A stretch of 64,000 nucleotides of DNA from IMG/VR virus record IMGVR_UViG_3300047094_002472. One strand, 5' to 3'. The stretch is from a virus. The notes under the pieces were generated by a model. It was not told the origin of the DNA. It ran no database searches and was given only the letters and a program-made list of their open reading frames with translations. The position numbers and the translations under genes are program-made. Every line of letters starts with the position of its first letter. Position 1 is the first letter of the stretch. Below are positions 19,647 to 28,942 of the stretch, in pieces.

Positions 19647-19655
19647 AGTATCTCC

Positions 19656-19985
19656 TTAGCCTAGCCTTTTGTATTCTTTTATATCTCCATTTTGGGATAT
19701 TTTTTGATCTTCATATGTTGATGCGACCCTACGATAATACTCCTGTTTTATGTTTTCTAATACACCAGTTATGATCGCTATTTTAGGATAGGATGGAGTA
19801 CCCATTAAACCAGCACTAACTCGGCTAAAAACATAGTTAATATTACCCGCGATCTTTAATAGTTGTTCATTACTCAGTTCGGTTGTATCAAAAGGCTTAT
19901 CCAGAACCGTATTTTTAAGACAAAGAATGAGTTCGCCTACGCACTCGTCAAGTTTACTTCTATTAGATTCATCTATATATGGCAT
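19656..19985 (-). CDS. Conserved phage hypothetical protein (MPYI...YEDQKI..NGD family)
   Basis: Motif pattern recalled from phage proteins. Confidence 0.7.
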   Translation of the reverse strand: MPYIDESNRSKLDECVGELILCLKNTVLDKPFDTTELSNEQLLKIAGNINYVFSRVSAGLMGTPSYPKIAIITGVLENIKQEYYRRVASTYEDQKISQNGDIKEYKRLG

Positions 19986-19988
19986 TTT

Positions 19989-20522
19989 TTAGTCCTCGCT
20001 GCATCTACATTGATACTTATTACAATAACAACATTTAGGCCCAGGGCTTGAAAAACCCCAAGCATTAGCATAACCATCAAAACTTTCTTTCCCGGTATCT
20101 ATACATACTAGTTTAGTTTTGCCCTTTCTTTCTATTAGTCCAATGTTCCAATAGTGGCAATCCCAAAACTTTAATTTGGTTTTTTGATATATTTTATTTA
20201 CTAGATTTTGTATAGACCTTAAAGAATGTGGCCTATCATTAGTACATATGGGCATCTGTGCTTTTTCGGTAATATACCCCCAGCCACTAGTCATAGAAGG
20301 ACAATCTATATCAGAGCAGAATTGTAGTTGACAAACATCTCCAAGAACTTTTGGGGCTAGGTCAAAAAGACTCAACTTCTTTTGTCTCCAATATGAATCT
20401 AAAGCCTTTTGCTTATTACGAAACTCTTTAAATCCAAGATCGTTTTGGCTTACTATGCTATAGAATTGAGCATAGCCTCCTTCATCGTATAGATTTATAT
20501 CTATAAGATAGTTTTTACTCAT
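19989..20522 (-). CDS. Minimal protein-kinase-like fold protein
   Basis: EGGYA, GFKEF, LAPKV, GYITE, DCHYWNIG, VCIDTG. Confidence 0.7.
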   Translation of the reverse strand: MSKNYLIDINLYDEGGYAQFYSIVSQNDLGFKEFRNKQKALDSYWRQKKLSLFDLAPKVLGDVCQLQFCSDIDCPSMTSGWGYITEKAQMPICTNDRPHSLRSIQNLVNKIYQKTKLKFWDCHYWNIGLIERKGKTKLVCIDTGKESFDGYANAWGFSSPGPKCCYCNKYQCRCSED

Positions 20523-20839
20523 TGTTTTTCTTCAATGGGATTTCCGGTTAGCATTTCAACAAGACGAACCGCATCACTAAGATTATCAAAGGTTCCTATG
20601 TGCATACCAGATTGAACATGATCCGCTTTAAAAGACCCAAAAACCACATAGAATGGTTCCCCAACCGTTTCATCTCTAGAAAAATAGTCTTCTGCATCTT
20701 TTACAGCATCGAAGATAACCCCGCCCTCATAATCCTTAATTTCTTTTACGGTGTCTATAGCAAAATACTGAAAATGAGATCTAGGATTTCCGGTATTCAA
20801 CCCAATGCCTCTAAAAAACCTATTACTAATTGTTGTCAT
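20519..20839 (-). CDS. Hypothetical protein
   Basis: Coupled ORF. Confidence 0.6.
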   Translation of the reverse strand: MTTISNRFFRGIGLNTGNPRSHFQYFAIDTVKEIKDYEGGVIFDAVKDAEDYFSRDETVGEPFYVVFGSFKADHVQSGMHIGTFDNLSDAVRLVEMLTGNPIEEKQ

Positions 20840-20841
20840 GT

Positions 20842-21093
20842 TTAATCTTGCCTATAAAGAGGAACTACTGTTTTTTGGTCGTTATATGGATTATTTTGTA
20901 GTCTCAGATCATACAAATCTCCATACTGGTTTATTTTAGCCCAAGCAACTGGTTGGTCAAGTTTTTCATACTTGGCTTTTAGTCTTTTGAGTTCGTCTTT
21001 GGCATTGTTAACCACAAAACGATCAGCACCATTAGCCCACGCAAATTCAATTAAATATTCTATCGGATTGGCGTGTTGTTCCATTTTATGCAA
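20842..21093 (-). CDS. Hypothetical protein
   Basis: Coupled ORF. Confidence 0.6.
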   Translation of the reverse strand: MHKMEQHANPIEYLIEFAWANGADRFVVNNAKDELKRLKAKYEKLDQPVAWAKINQYGDLYDLRLQNNPYNDQKTVVPLYRQD

Positions 21094-21301
21094 ATCCTAT
21101 TCTAGTTTTTTCGGAAAGTGTTACTTCTATCTCATTGGCAGAAAATGTTTGAGTTGTATAAGAGCGACTATTCCACCAGCCACACTCGTATGTAATGTGG
21201 TTTTCGCCCCTAATATTTATTCCAACTATTGTACCAAACACATCATCTGCCAACTTTACTTGGCTACCAATCTTATATAGTTCTATAGTATTCTTACTCA
21301 T
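21086..21301 (-). CDS. Small beta-barrel (SH3/KOW-like) hypothetical protein
   Basis: YKIGSQVKL...YECGWW; SD AAGGAG. Confidence 0.6.
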   Translation of the reverse strand: MSKNTIELYKIGSQVKLADDVFGTIVGINIRGENHITYECGWWNSRSYTTQTFSANEIEVTLSEKTRIGFA

Positions 21302-21318
21302 ATATCTCCTTTGTATTT

Positions 21319-21618
21319 CTAGCGATACCTAACACAAGCATACCATCCTCTCGCCCCTCTGGCAACCCCAATTTCTACCGGAGTCTTTTGTCCCCAATAG
21401 CAACAATTTTTAATAGCACGATCCGCACTAATGGGAGAAAAACCCACCCCTTCATAGCCTCTATTTCCACCACAATGACCCATAGAATTTCTTTGGGCCT
21501 GAATATTTGCAACCCCTTGTGCTGATGACGTTGTATATGCGTATGTTTTATTCACATTTTGAGCATTAGCAACTACGGGGCAGACCAAGAACAGACCAAT
21601 AATAAAAGCCTTCTTCAT
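21319..21618 (-). CDS. Secreted Cys/Gly-rich small protein (reduced CAP/SCP-like)
   Basis: Signal peptide ending ANA; MGH, EGVG, CCYW, IGVARG..GWYAC; SD AGGAGG. Confidence 0.65.
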   Translation of the reverse strand: MKKAFIIGLFLVCPVVANAQNVNKTYAYTTSSAQGVANIQAQRNSMGHCGGNRGYEGVGFSPISADRAIKNCCYWGQKTPVEIGVARGARGWYACVRYR

Positions 21619-21648
21619 AATTTCCTCCTTGAAAGTTATAGATGGGAT

Positions 21649-21696
21649 AAAAAGATCCCCCGAAAGTGTGCATTATTAAGAGGCATCGGGGGTTTC
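21649..21696 (-). terminator. Hairpin with U-tract (possible terminator/attenuator)
   Basis: CCCCCGA...TCGGGGG followed by ATCTTTTT. Confidence 0.5.
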
Positions 21697-21709
21697 TTTT
21701 TCATAAAAA

Positions 21710-21928
21710 TTATCGGATAACAGTTACGTTACGGGTGCGACAAACACCGTTAGCACAACCTGAAACAATTCTCTTTGGTAGAACTACGGTTTCACGAACA
21801 ACACTCTTTGTAACAGTCACAACTTTTCGACCGCGAACAACCGCACAATTACCAGACTGGCAATCTCCAGCAAAAGATAGTGCCGGAATCGAAAGAGCAA
21901 CAACTAGAAACAGAACAATATTCTTCAT
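21710..21928 (-). CDS. Secreted basic peptide with two CxxGxC motifs
   Basis: Signal peptide ending SFA; CQSGNC and CANGVC; SD AAGGAG. Confidence 0.65.
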   Translation of the reverse strand: MKNIVLFLVVALSIPALSFAGDCQSGNCAVVRGRKVVTVTKSVVRETVVLPKRIVSGCANGVCRTRNVTVIR

Positions 21929-22039
21929 ATTAGAATCTCCTTGGTGTTTAAAAAATAAAAGGTCAAATCCATTCGACTCAGTTAACTGAGTATCATAGTC
22001 CGCTCAGTATCCACTGTCAACATACAAAATTGTATGCAG

Positions 22040-22112
22040 TAGGAGTGGTGGGAGTCGAACCCACACTTGCAAAATTTTAAGTTTTGTGACTCTGCCATTG
22101 GTCTACACTCCC
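22040..22112 (-). tRNA. trnL: tRNA-Leu(TAA), short variable loop, no encoded CCA
   Basis: Cloverleaf GGGAGTG/CACTCCT; CAAAA-CTTAAAA-TTTTG; GTGGG-TTCGACT-CCCAC; A73. Confidence 0.85.
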
Positions 22113-22208
22113 ATAAAACACACCGACTACACAAACCATTGATTTGAGGTTGACTATAACTTTGTGCCTCTCGTTTAGTTTGTGTAGCCAGTGCATCTTG
22201 GGTTTTAA

Positions 22209-22496
22209 TCAGCCGTTGGCATGAGCCTTAAGACGGGCCACAATCTGAGCCATCTGCTCAACATTGTCCACCGTCTTGATTGGCTTCGCACGTTCCATTG
22301 TGGGCAACTCAATACCCTTGGCCTTAAGAGCCTCCTTGGTACGAGCAAAACGAGCCATCGTACTAGCGACCTTCTGACCCGTCTTAGTAGCAATCTCAGC
22401 ATAGGTCTTGCTAGAAAACACCGCCTCAAGAAACTGCTCGTCGCTGCAACGAACACGCTTCTGCTTTTCCAGAGTAGTAACTTCAGCCATAATCAA
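22209..22496 (-). CDS. Basic HTH-like DNA-binding protein
   Basis: TYAEIATKTGQKVASTMAR; SD GGAGG; own promoter. Confidence 0.6.
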   Translation of the reverse strand: MIMAEVTTLEKQKRVRCSDEQFLEAVFSSKTYAEIATKTGQKVASTMARFARTKEALKAKGIELPTMERAKPIKTVDNVEQMAQIVARLKAHANG

Positions 22497-22658
22497 CCTC
22501 CAAATCTTAATCCAAACTCACTCAGCAGGATTCGATCACGCGACCGATTAACTCCTGCCTTGTCCTTTCATTGTACAACAGTGTATCGTCACTGTCAATA
22601 CGCATCCTTGAAAAATTTTTGCGTTCCAACTCGTTTTTTGAAAAAACTAAATTGTGTC

Positions 22659-23057
22659 CTAGTTAGACTTTCTTCGCAACCAGCGAGAATATTCTGGTGC
22701 TTTATATCCTGTTTTTCTTGACATCTCATTATTATTGATTTGATTTATAATAATAGACGTTGGCAAACTTTTAACACCCATCTTTGCCTTAAAGTCTGGA
22801 TTCGCTTCTATGTCTATAATACATACAATATATCTATCTATGTCTTCTATGTTTGATAGATCTTTTTTAAGTTGCTGACAGTATCCGCACCAATCAGCAC
22901 TAAATATTAAAAGTATTGGCATATCGGCTTCTTTTGCCAAAACCTTTGCTGTTTCATAATCGTCTTTAATGACGTATGAAGTTTCAGAAACTTGAGCGTT
23001 TGCTAAAGTGGAGATAAATAAACACAATAGAGTAACAACTGTGGACAATCGTTTCAT
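22659..23057 (-). CDS. Exported thioredoxin-fold protein
   Basis: Signal peptide; FSADWCGYC; SLPT. Confidence 0.85.
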   Translation of the reverse strand: MKRLSTVVTLLCLFISTLANAQVSETSYVIKDDYETAKVLAKEADMPILLIFSADWCGYCQQLKKDLSNIEDIDRYIVCIIDIEANPDFKAKMGVKSLPTSIIINQINNNEMSRKTGYKAPEYSRWLRRKSN

Positions 23058-23078
23058 GGTTTACTCCACCATATCGAC

Positions 23079-23348
23079 TTAATTATTTTCTAGTGTGACT
23101 TTAATAATAGCATAGTCTTCTCTATCGCTATCTATGATTTGTATTTCTGTGACCCTTCCTTTTCCAAAAAAATCATAACCAATATGCAAAAATGGGCCAC
23201 CCTCAAAATCTGCATATGTTGGACTACTTGGGTCTACTTCAAAGCCTATTCTTAAAAACCCGCTATCTCCTTCGACTATAAACTGATTATCATTTATTTG
23301 AGTTACAGTTCTTTTCCTTCCATATCTAGATTTTATATTACTAGACAC
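23079..23348 (-). CDS. Hypothetical phage protein
   Basis: IKSRYG..R...DFEGGPFL..G pattern. Confidence 0.65.
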   Translation of the reverse strand: MSSNIKSRYGRKRTVTQINDNQFIVEGDSGFLRIGFEVDPSSPTYADFEGGPFLHIGYDFFGKGRVTEIQIIDSDREDYAIIKVTLENN

Positions 23349-23532
23349 AAACTACCTCTTGAGTACTAACATGATCTTCTTTATTTACAGACGCTAGACC
23401 ATTAAGAACGTCTTTTAGAGTTTTATTTTCTTCTTGTAGTATTTGAATAATTCTATCAGCATCCGAAAGTGCCATACTTAGAACCTTGACTTTCTTAGCC
23501 AACTCATCACCCACATAATTATTCATGCTCAT
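23341..23532 (-). CDS. Small coiled-coil protein
   Basis: SD AAGGAG. Confidence 0.55.
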   Translation of the reverse strand: MSMNNYVGDELAKKVKVLSMALSDADRIIQILQEENKTLKDVLNGLASVNKEDHVSTQEVVCV

Positions 23533-23574
23533 GATAAACTCCTTTTTAGGAATATACTACATATATTAAATACA

Positions 23575-23859
23575 CTATTTGATATCAATTTCGACCAGAA
23601 ATCGCCTCAAGTCTTTCAACTGGGCATGTGTTAAAACTATTTGATCTGAATATGGTTTCGAGTGTACCAAAACCTGCCAGATATATCTTAATTTTTGCCA
23701 TAATGACAGGCTTCTGGCATATGACGGGTAGGAGTAAATAGATAGGTCTGCTATTTGGCACTCATGGTCATACTCTATATATAGAATCTCGCCTTTACAA
23801 TCACAAGGCACAAATACCGATGTTGTTTTATCTTTACTGTATTTTGTCACGCATCCCAT
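23575..23859 (-). CDS. Hypothetical protein
   Basis: SD GGAGG; CDC motif. Confidence 0.6.
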   Translation of the reverse strand: MGCVTKYSKDKTTSVFVPCDCKGEILYIEYDHECQIADLSIYSYPSYARSLSLWQKLRYIWQVLVHSKPYSDQIVLTHAQLKDLRRFLVEIDIK

Positions 23860-24052
23860 ATAGGTGCGATCCTCCTTGATCTTCCTTTATTTCAGTAAAT
23901 TCTTGTGGACTTAATAGATATGTGACTTGAGAAGATTCTCCCCAAATCTCATACAGTTGAGAGTTTAGCCTTCTGGTAATATAGCCATATTCTGTTATGG
24001 CGTGGTTATTCCCATCATTAGTATCAATTAGAACCCTTACTCCTGCTGACAT
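23834..24052 (-). CDS. Hypothetical protein
   Basis: SD AAGGA. Confidence 0.55.
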   Translation of the reverse strand: MSAGVRVLIDTNDGNNHAITEYGYITRRLNSQLYEIWGESSQVTYLLSPQEFTEIKEDQGGSHLYGMRDKIQ

Positions 24053-24155
24053 TTTTTGGTTCCTTTTTCTTAAAGATTCTATCGTAGTTATCAGCCCATG
24101 TTTTTGGGTCTACGCTCTTTGGTCTGCGTTTCGACCCCTTACCATTTTCACTCAT
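24024..24155 (-). CDS. Small phage protein (GKGSKRRP...NYDRIF), 43 aa
   Basis: Manual translation below the track cutoff; SD GGAGG. Confidence 0.6.
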   Translation of the reverse strand: MSENGKGSKRRPKSVDPKTWADNYDRIFKKKEPKNVSRSKGSN

Positions 24156-24854
24156 TTATTCCTCCAATACGAATGACCAGTAACGACTATCTTCCTTCTT
24201 CTGAAGATCGTCCCAATAAATAGAACGGGCAATATAAGAAGGAATCTTATGCTTGCCACAATTTATCATCCAGTGACGCTCCATTTGCTTATATACGAAC
24301 GAACCAGACTTACTCTTATTATACTTCAGACTTTCAACATCGTACAGCCTCAACTGGTGAATATCCCCACAGAGTACTCTGGCCTCATTGGGATGAATCA
24401 TTTCAAGAGCAAAACTAATCTTAGCCAAACCAATACCGCTAATCTTATTTAGGATACTGTCTCGCTTCTTAACGTGATACTTCTTAGTTGTAAGATAAAA
24501 GTCTTTAGGATTGGCCCAAAACTTTGTGCTAAAGTCCCAAATATAATTGGTTCGGTTATTGTGCAGACCGACTCCGCTCTTGTGGAGTTTTTCAAGAAGA
24601 ACTTCTTTGCTATCAATCCATTCGTTAAAATTTTTGATGGCATTATAACCCTTGACATTACCCTGCCAAGTGGTATGGACGCTGCAATATGCGAAAAGAT
24701 AACGCCGAAAAATATCTTCATTGGTTTTCGGGCGAACGCTCTCCCAATAATCCTTATAGGCTACAATCTTATCCTTGGGAAAGTTCTTAAAGAATTCGTC
24801 GGCCTTAGACGTATTAATAACTACGGGCTTTTTCTCAACTACTGCTTCGCTCAT
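24156..24854 (-). CDS. HhH-superfamily DNA glycosylase-like protein (8-oxoG glycosylase-like)
   Basis: ISGIGLAKISFAL (HhH with Lys) and downstream DIHQLR. Confidence 0.65.
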   Translation of the reverse strand: MSEAVVEKKPVVINTSKADEFFKNFPKDKIVAYKDYWESVRPKTNEDIFRRYLFAYCSVHTTWQGNVKGYNAIKNFNEWIDSKEVLLEKLHKSGVGLHNNRTNYIWDFSTKFWANPKDFYLTTKKYHVKKRDSILNKISGIGLAKISFALEMIHPNEARVLCGDIHQLRLYDVESLKYNKSKSGSFVYKQMERHWMINCGKHKIPSYIARSIYWDDLQKKEDSRYWSFVLEE

Positions 24855-24930
24855 ATTTACTCCAATGTTTGTTCCAAAGTGTATGCTCCGATTCTACACT
24901 AAAGGTATCGGCTTGTCAAGTGTCATTACT

Positions 24931-25239
24931 TCAATCAAATGGACAAGCGTTTGGATCGCCACCATTGTTAATAAATTCCTGATGTTTTTCTTGATATAAA
25001 ACACCAGTATGAAACCCCTTTTTTTGAGATTTTTGTTTTTCTTCTTGTTTCTTTTTTTTATTCTGGAATTTTCGTTGTTTTTTTAGGGTTTTCTTTGTTT
25101 CTTTTTGCTCTTGAATAGAATCTAATGCTCCTATTCTTTTTGCTTCTTGTAAACCATACTCTTGAATAATTCTACGATTACCTCTAAATTGTGAACTTTT
25201 ACTATATCTATTTGCTTTATATTTCACGACTACCTCCAT
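24931..25239 (-). CDS. Lys-rich hypothetical protein
   Basis: ORF; low complexity. Confidence 0.45.
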   Translation of the reverse strand: MEVVVKYKANRYSKSSQFRGNRRIIQEYGLQEAKRIGALDSIQEQKETKKTLKKQRKFQNKKKKQEEKQKSQKKGFHTGVLYQEKHQEFINNGGDPNACPFD

Positions 25240-26524
25240 GTAAAATTTTGAAAGTGGGAAATCTTAAAGAGATACCGCCATCTTGATTCTCACTCTCGCT
25301 AAAGTACTGGACAGTAATAATCTTACCAAGAATCTTTTTGGGATGCTTATGAAAGTCCTGTCTTTGTTCGATACTAAAGCCGCTGCCGACTCTAACATCA
25401 TAGCCTTTATGCTTAATGGTTACGCAACTAAGCATAGTTTCTTCTGTTTCTTGACCATCTTTAACATAACGAAATGGCCCCATTTCAACATCAACAACCT
25501 CATATTCATCATCAGAAAATGACTTATACTTAAGCAAATCTTTCGATCTTTTTCCCTTATATGGTTCGTCCGCTCTCAGCATCAGTCCTTCCCAGCCATA
25601 TTCATTAGACAAGGATACCCATTCTTCAAAATGAGCATCATCCTTAACCTTATCTTGAGCCAAAACGCTCAAACATGGACAGGTATTCTTTCTCATTACT
25701 TCTCTAAGATTATTATACCTATGAGAAAACAGTTTGCCCTTAGTACCCTTTTGACTATAGAATTCGTCATGACTAATCATGTCGAATATTTTGTACGAGG
25801 GATTTGGAATAGTGTGGTCTTTCTTACGAAGTTCCTTCATAACTCCCTGGAAATCCTCGTTACCATTTTCGTCCACAAGGCAAAGTTCACCGTCGAATAC
25901 TACGTTAGAAATACCCAAATTGCGTATACCATCAGCAACAACAGAGAGAGTATCGAAAACCTTACCTGTTCTTGAAAAGAAAATGGTTTCGCCTTTACTA
26001 TCCACAACGCCAATACACCTAGCGCCATCAATTTTACGACTAACATACCAATCGTCCTTCCAGTCTACAATTTTAGGTTCATATTTTTCAGCGAGTGCAA
26101 CGCTAAATGTGGGAATAAAATCTGGAATCGCTTTATTAATCAACTTATCGCCAGCACGAGTTTTTAGGTCTTTATCAATAATACAATGGATAAGTTCTTT
26201 ATGCTCTGGATGAGAATCGACGAAACTATTTACCGCACCAATAGCATCGTGACCAGTAATCTCTCTATTTTTAAGAGCATCAAGCAAATCAAAAATACTT
26301 TTATAAGCATGACCTCTCAGATGAGATTTTTTCTTAAGATTATCGCTTGTCACAAAATATTGCCAAGTTGGATGATAAGTATAAAGCAGAATGTTCTTAA
26401 TAAAATTTGCACCAGCACCATTACCAGAAACATAGTCTGTAATAATGTCCACTTTATCGTTTGTGCTACTGGTGGCACGAAGATCACGAACAAAACCATC
26501 AAGATGTTCAAAACTATCGGTCAT
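25217..26524 (-). CDS. lig: ATP-dependent DNA ligase
   Basis: KIDGAR (motif I), FDGEL, IFD, EGLMLR, LLKYK, VGSGF, SLRFP. Confidence 0.95.
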   Translation of the reverse strand: MTDSFEHLDGFVRDLRATSSTNDKVDIITDYVSGNGAGANFIKNILLYTYHPTWQYFVTSDNLKKKSHLRGHAYKSIFDLLDALKNREITGHDAIGAVNSFVDSHPEHKELIHCIIDKDLKTRAGDKLINKAIPDFIPTFSVALAEKYEPKIVDWKDDWYVSRKIDGARCIGVVDSKGETIFFSRTGKVFDTLSVVADGIRNLGISNVVFDGELCLVDENGNEDFQGVMKELRKKDHTIPNPSYKIFDMISHDEFYSQKGTKGKLFSHRYNNLREVMRKNTCPCLSVLAQDKVKDDAHFEEWVSLSNEYGWEGLMLRADEPYKGKRSKDLLKYKSFSDDEYEVVDVEMGPFRYVKDGQETEETMLSCVTIKHKGYDVRVGSGFSIEQRQDFHKHPKKILGKIITVQYFSESENQDGGISLRFPTFKILHGGSREI

Positions 26525-26575
26525 ACCAAATCCTCCTGTGTTATCCCAACATTCTAGCATAAGCCAATCGTCTTG

Positions 26576-26824
26576 TCAAGTATCGTCAATTTGTTTGCGT
26601 TTCTTGAACACCCTAGCCATAATTTGTATTAGGTCGCTACCAGCAGTCTGATAAAATGCCGGGCAAATAGCATGAATAATTAATAGAGCCCCCGATAAAA
26701 AACAAACAAATCCATAAAAAACAGCAAACTTAAAGTGCTGTAAATACGTCATCCCATTTTCTTCTAAGTGTTCAATCCACCTTTTCTTTAAATTCATAGA
26801 AATAAACCTCTTCGTCGCTTTCAC
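26576..26824 (-). CDS. DUF6356-like membrane protein
   Basis: HLEENGMTYLQHF...IHA..P. Confidence 0.65.
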   Translation of the reverse strand: MKATKRFISMNLKKRWIEHLEENGMTYLQHFKFAVFYGFVCFLSGALLIIHAICPAFYQTAGSDLIQIMARVFKKRKQIDDT

Positions 26825-27425
26825 TCACCCATCTGCTTCCAGTGTTTTCACAACTAAATTCCAGTCCAAACACCTTCCAGTCTGGTTTTTTATCAAACCT
26901 TTTGCTGATAAAGGAACCACCATCCATCCACAAGATTCTATTATTTGGTTGAATAAAATACTGACCACCATTTCCTTCAAAAACATGACCGCATTTATGT
27001 CCAGCCGCTATTTCACCATAGCCATTTTGATACTGAGGCCCAAAACACCAGTCTATAGTAAATAGATATTTAGCCTTGTGTAGTGTTTTATTCTTTAGAA
27101 GAATATTTGCTGCTCTATTTTTAGTATATTGATCAATTTTTATACTAGCGTAATAACTCATACTATCCCATAATTGAATCCAGTCCAAAGGATAGTCTGA
27201 GCCTCCACTTTCATTTGCTCTTAAATAGTGGATTGGAACTCTGGCGTGTTGACTGCCATACTCTGTCATAACAGAAAACAAGCCGCATCTTTGTGGAATA
27301 CTCGTAAAGTTAAATACTTCTACTGGTATTCTATCTGAATTTATGTCTGGAGATTTGTTATATAGGAAATTTGTGTCAAGATACGCTATGAAAATAGGAG
27401 TATCAATATTCAGATAGTTGCTCAT
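26772..27425 (-). CDS. Conserved phage hypothetical protein
   Basis: QLWDS, YLFTIDW, HKCGH, QPNNRILW. Confidence 0.75.
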   Translation of the reverse strand: MSNYLNIDTPIFIAYLDTNFLYNKSPDINSDRIPVEVFNFTSIPQRCGLFSVMTEYGSQHARVPIHYLRANESGGSDYPLDWIQLWDSMSYYASIKIDQYTKNRAANILLKNKTLHKAKYLFTIDWCFGPQYQNGYGEIAAGHKCGHVFEGNGGQYFIQPNNRILWMDGGSFISKRFDKKPDWKVFGLEFSCENTGSRWVSESDEEVYFYEFKEKVD

Positions 27426-27760
27426 TTAGATCTCGACAATAAATAGTTCATAGCATTAACAATTCCAGTTAAGTTGTCCCCTAGTTTGCCTATGCCAGTA
27501 TTACATCTGTCGCATATCCAACCCCTAAAACTATCATCCGTATGGTCATGATCTAATACCCATTTTATTGGTATCTTTTTGCAGCACTCACAAATTTCGG
27601 GTCTTGGTGGAGCCTCTTTATGTAGTTTGCCTCTAATCTTAGAATGTTTTTTAACGCACTTTTTACATCTACTATCCAATTTATCTTTGTACATACTGTG
27701 TTTAGGAAAACTTTTCCTATTTTTCCTTTCGCCACAATACGAACAAATTTTTCTTGGCAT
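27422..27760 (-). CDS. Endonuclease VII-like (His-Me finger) nuclease
   Basis: CECC...LDHDH....RGWIC..CNTGIG.LGD. Confidence 0.85.
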   Translation of the reverse strand: MPRKICSYCGERKNRKSFPKHSMYKDKLDSRCKKCVKKHSKIRGKLHKEAPPRPEICECCKKIPIKWVLDHDHTDDSFRGWICDRCNTGIGKLGDNLTGIVNAMNYLLSRSK

Positions 27761-27933
27761 CTTAACTTACTTCTTTTTCTTTTTGACTTTCTTTTCTAGT
27801 TTAGCCATTCTTTTTTCTAGAAGTTTAAGATACTCCATTTCTTTTTGGCGATGCTTGTTGTTTTCTTTTTGGGTTTTCTTAAAAAGTTTCTTCCATACGC
27901 TCATAATAATCTCCTATTAATATTAGTTTAAAG

Positions 27934-28289
27934 TGGACGAGTCGGGAGTCGAACCCGAGTCTTGTGATATTTCTAATTACATCTTCTACAAGTTTATTTT
28001 GTTCATGGGTTAAATAGGATTACAGAACAAACAAGATTCATTCCTATCTTACCAACTGCTCTTAACCTACAACCCGTTGGACATTGTAAGTGCAGAGGGA
28101 TTTAACGACAGACTTTTGATCGCTACCCTCATTCGCAATCGCAGTCTGTTACTGCCCGTTTTTATTAGGCAGCAAGTGCTAACTGAGTTGTGCCAGTTAA
28201 AGCATTTGATCCGGTTTTAAAGTGGCCTCCAGATCAACCACTACTTGCTTACATAATTTTCCATATCCAATCGAAACCTTTACTCGCCC
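27934..28289 (-). ncRNA. ssrA: tmRNA; predicted tag (A)GTTQLALAA*
   Basis: GGGCGAG/CTCGTCC-A acceptor with G3.U70; GGTTTCGA D-loop analogue; T-arm TCGGG-TTCGACT-CCCGA; tag ORF 28194-28165. Confidence 0.92.
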
Positions 28290-28316
28290 GTAATTTTATA
28301 TACACCTAGAGTCTTT

Positions 28317-28520
28317 TTAGGTCTCATTCCCGGCATTTATATCCGTATTAGATAGATTTTTAATTTCCTCCATAAGTTTTTGTAGATCATCATCACCAAC
28401 AGGCATGATTATCCTGGTTAGTTCTGCTCTAAAATTCTCCATTTCTTGCCATAGCACAATATTGAGCGTAGCAGAAAATACGAGAGACAAAAACAACATT
28501 ACAATAAGTGCATTTTTCAT
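28317..28520 (-). CDS. Single-TM hypothetical protein
   Basis: N-terminal hydrophobic helix. Confidence 0.6.
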   Translation of the reverse strand: MKNALIVMLFLSLVFSATLNIVLWQEMENFRAELTRIIMPVGDDDLQKLMEEIKNLSNTDINAGNET

Positions 28521-28522
28521 AA

Positions 28523-28595
28523 TAGGGCGTGAGAGAATCGAACTCCCTTAACTACCTTATAAGAGTAGCGTCTTAGACCATTAGACGAACGCCCC
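28523..28595 (-). tRNA. trnI: tRNA-Ile(TAT)
   Basis: GGGGCGT/ACGCCCT; CTACT-CTTATAA-GGTAG; T-arm; A73. Confidence 0.85.
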
Positions 28596-28660
28596 GCATT
28601 GTTCTGTTATTCTACATCATCGACCATCGGTTGTCAACACTTGAGCCTAAAAAATAAATG

Positions 28661-28882
28661 TCAGAGAACACCAAAAACTTTCATCATAATAATAGAACTC
28701 ATAACTAAGCCCACAATACTAGTAAGTGTGCGAATAAGTTCAAACTTATGGTTGTGTTTATCTACCCATAACTCAAAACTATCCCTGAGTTTACCCTGCC
28801 TCTTAAGTTTATCAAGCCTTTTTTGGCTGAGTCTTTCCATTATTCGTCCTTTGATTCTAGCGACCTTAGTATTCTTTGGCAC
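28661..28882 (-). CDS. Basic protein with C-terminal TM helix
   Basis: ORF composition. Confidence 0.55.
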   Translation of the reverse strand: MPKNTKVARIKGRIMERLSQKRLDKLKRQGKLRDSFELWVDKHNHKFELIRTLTSIVGLVMSSIIMMKVFGVL

Positions 28883-28942
28883 TCTTGTAGTTTAGAATCC
28901 ATATCCATACATTTTTTGCATAGTTCGGAGTCTACATATTCT

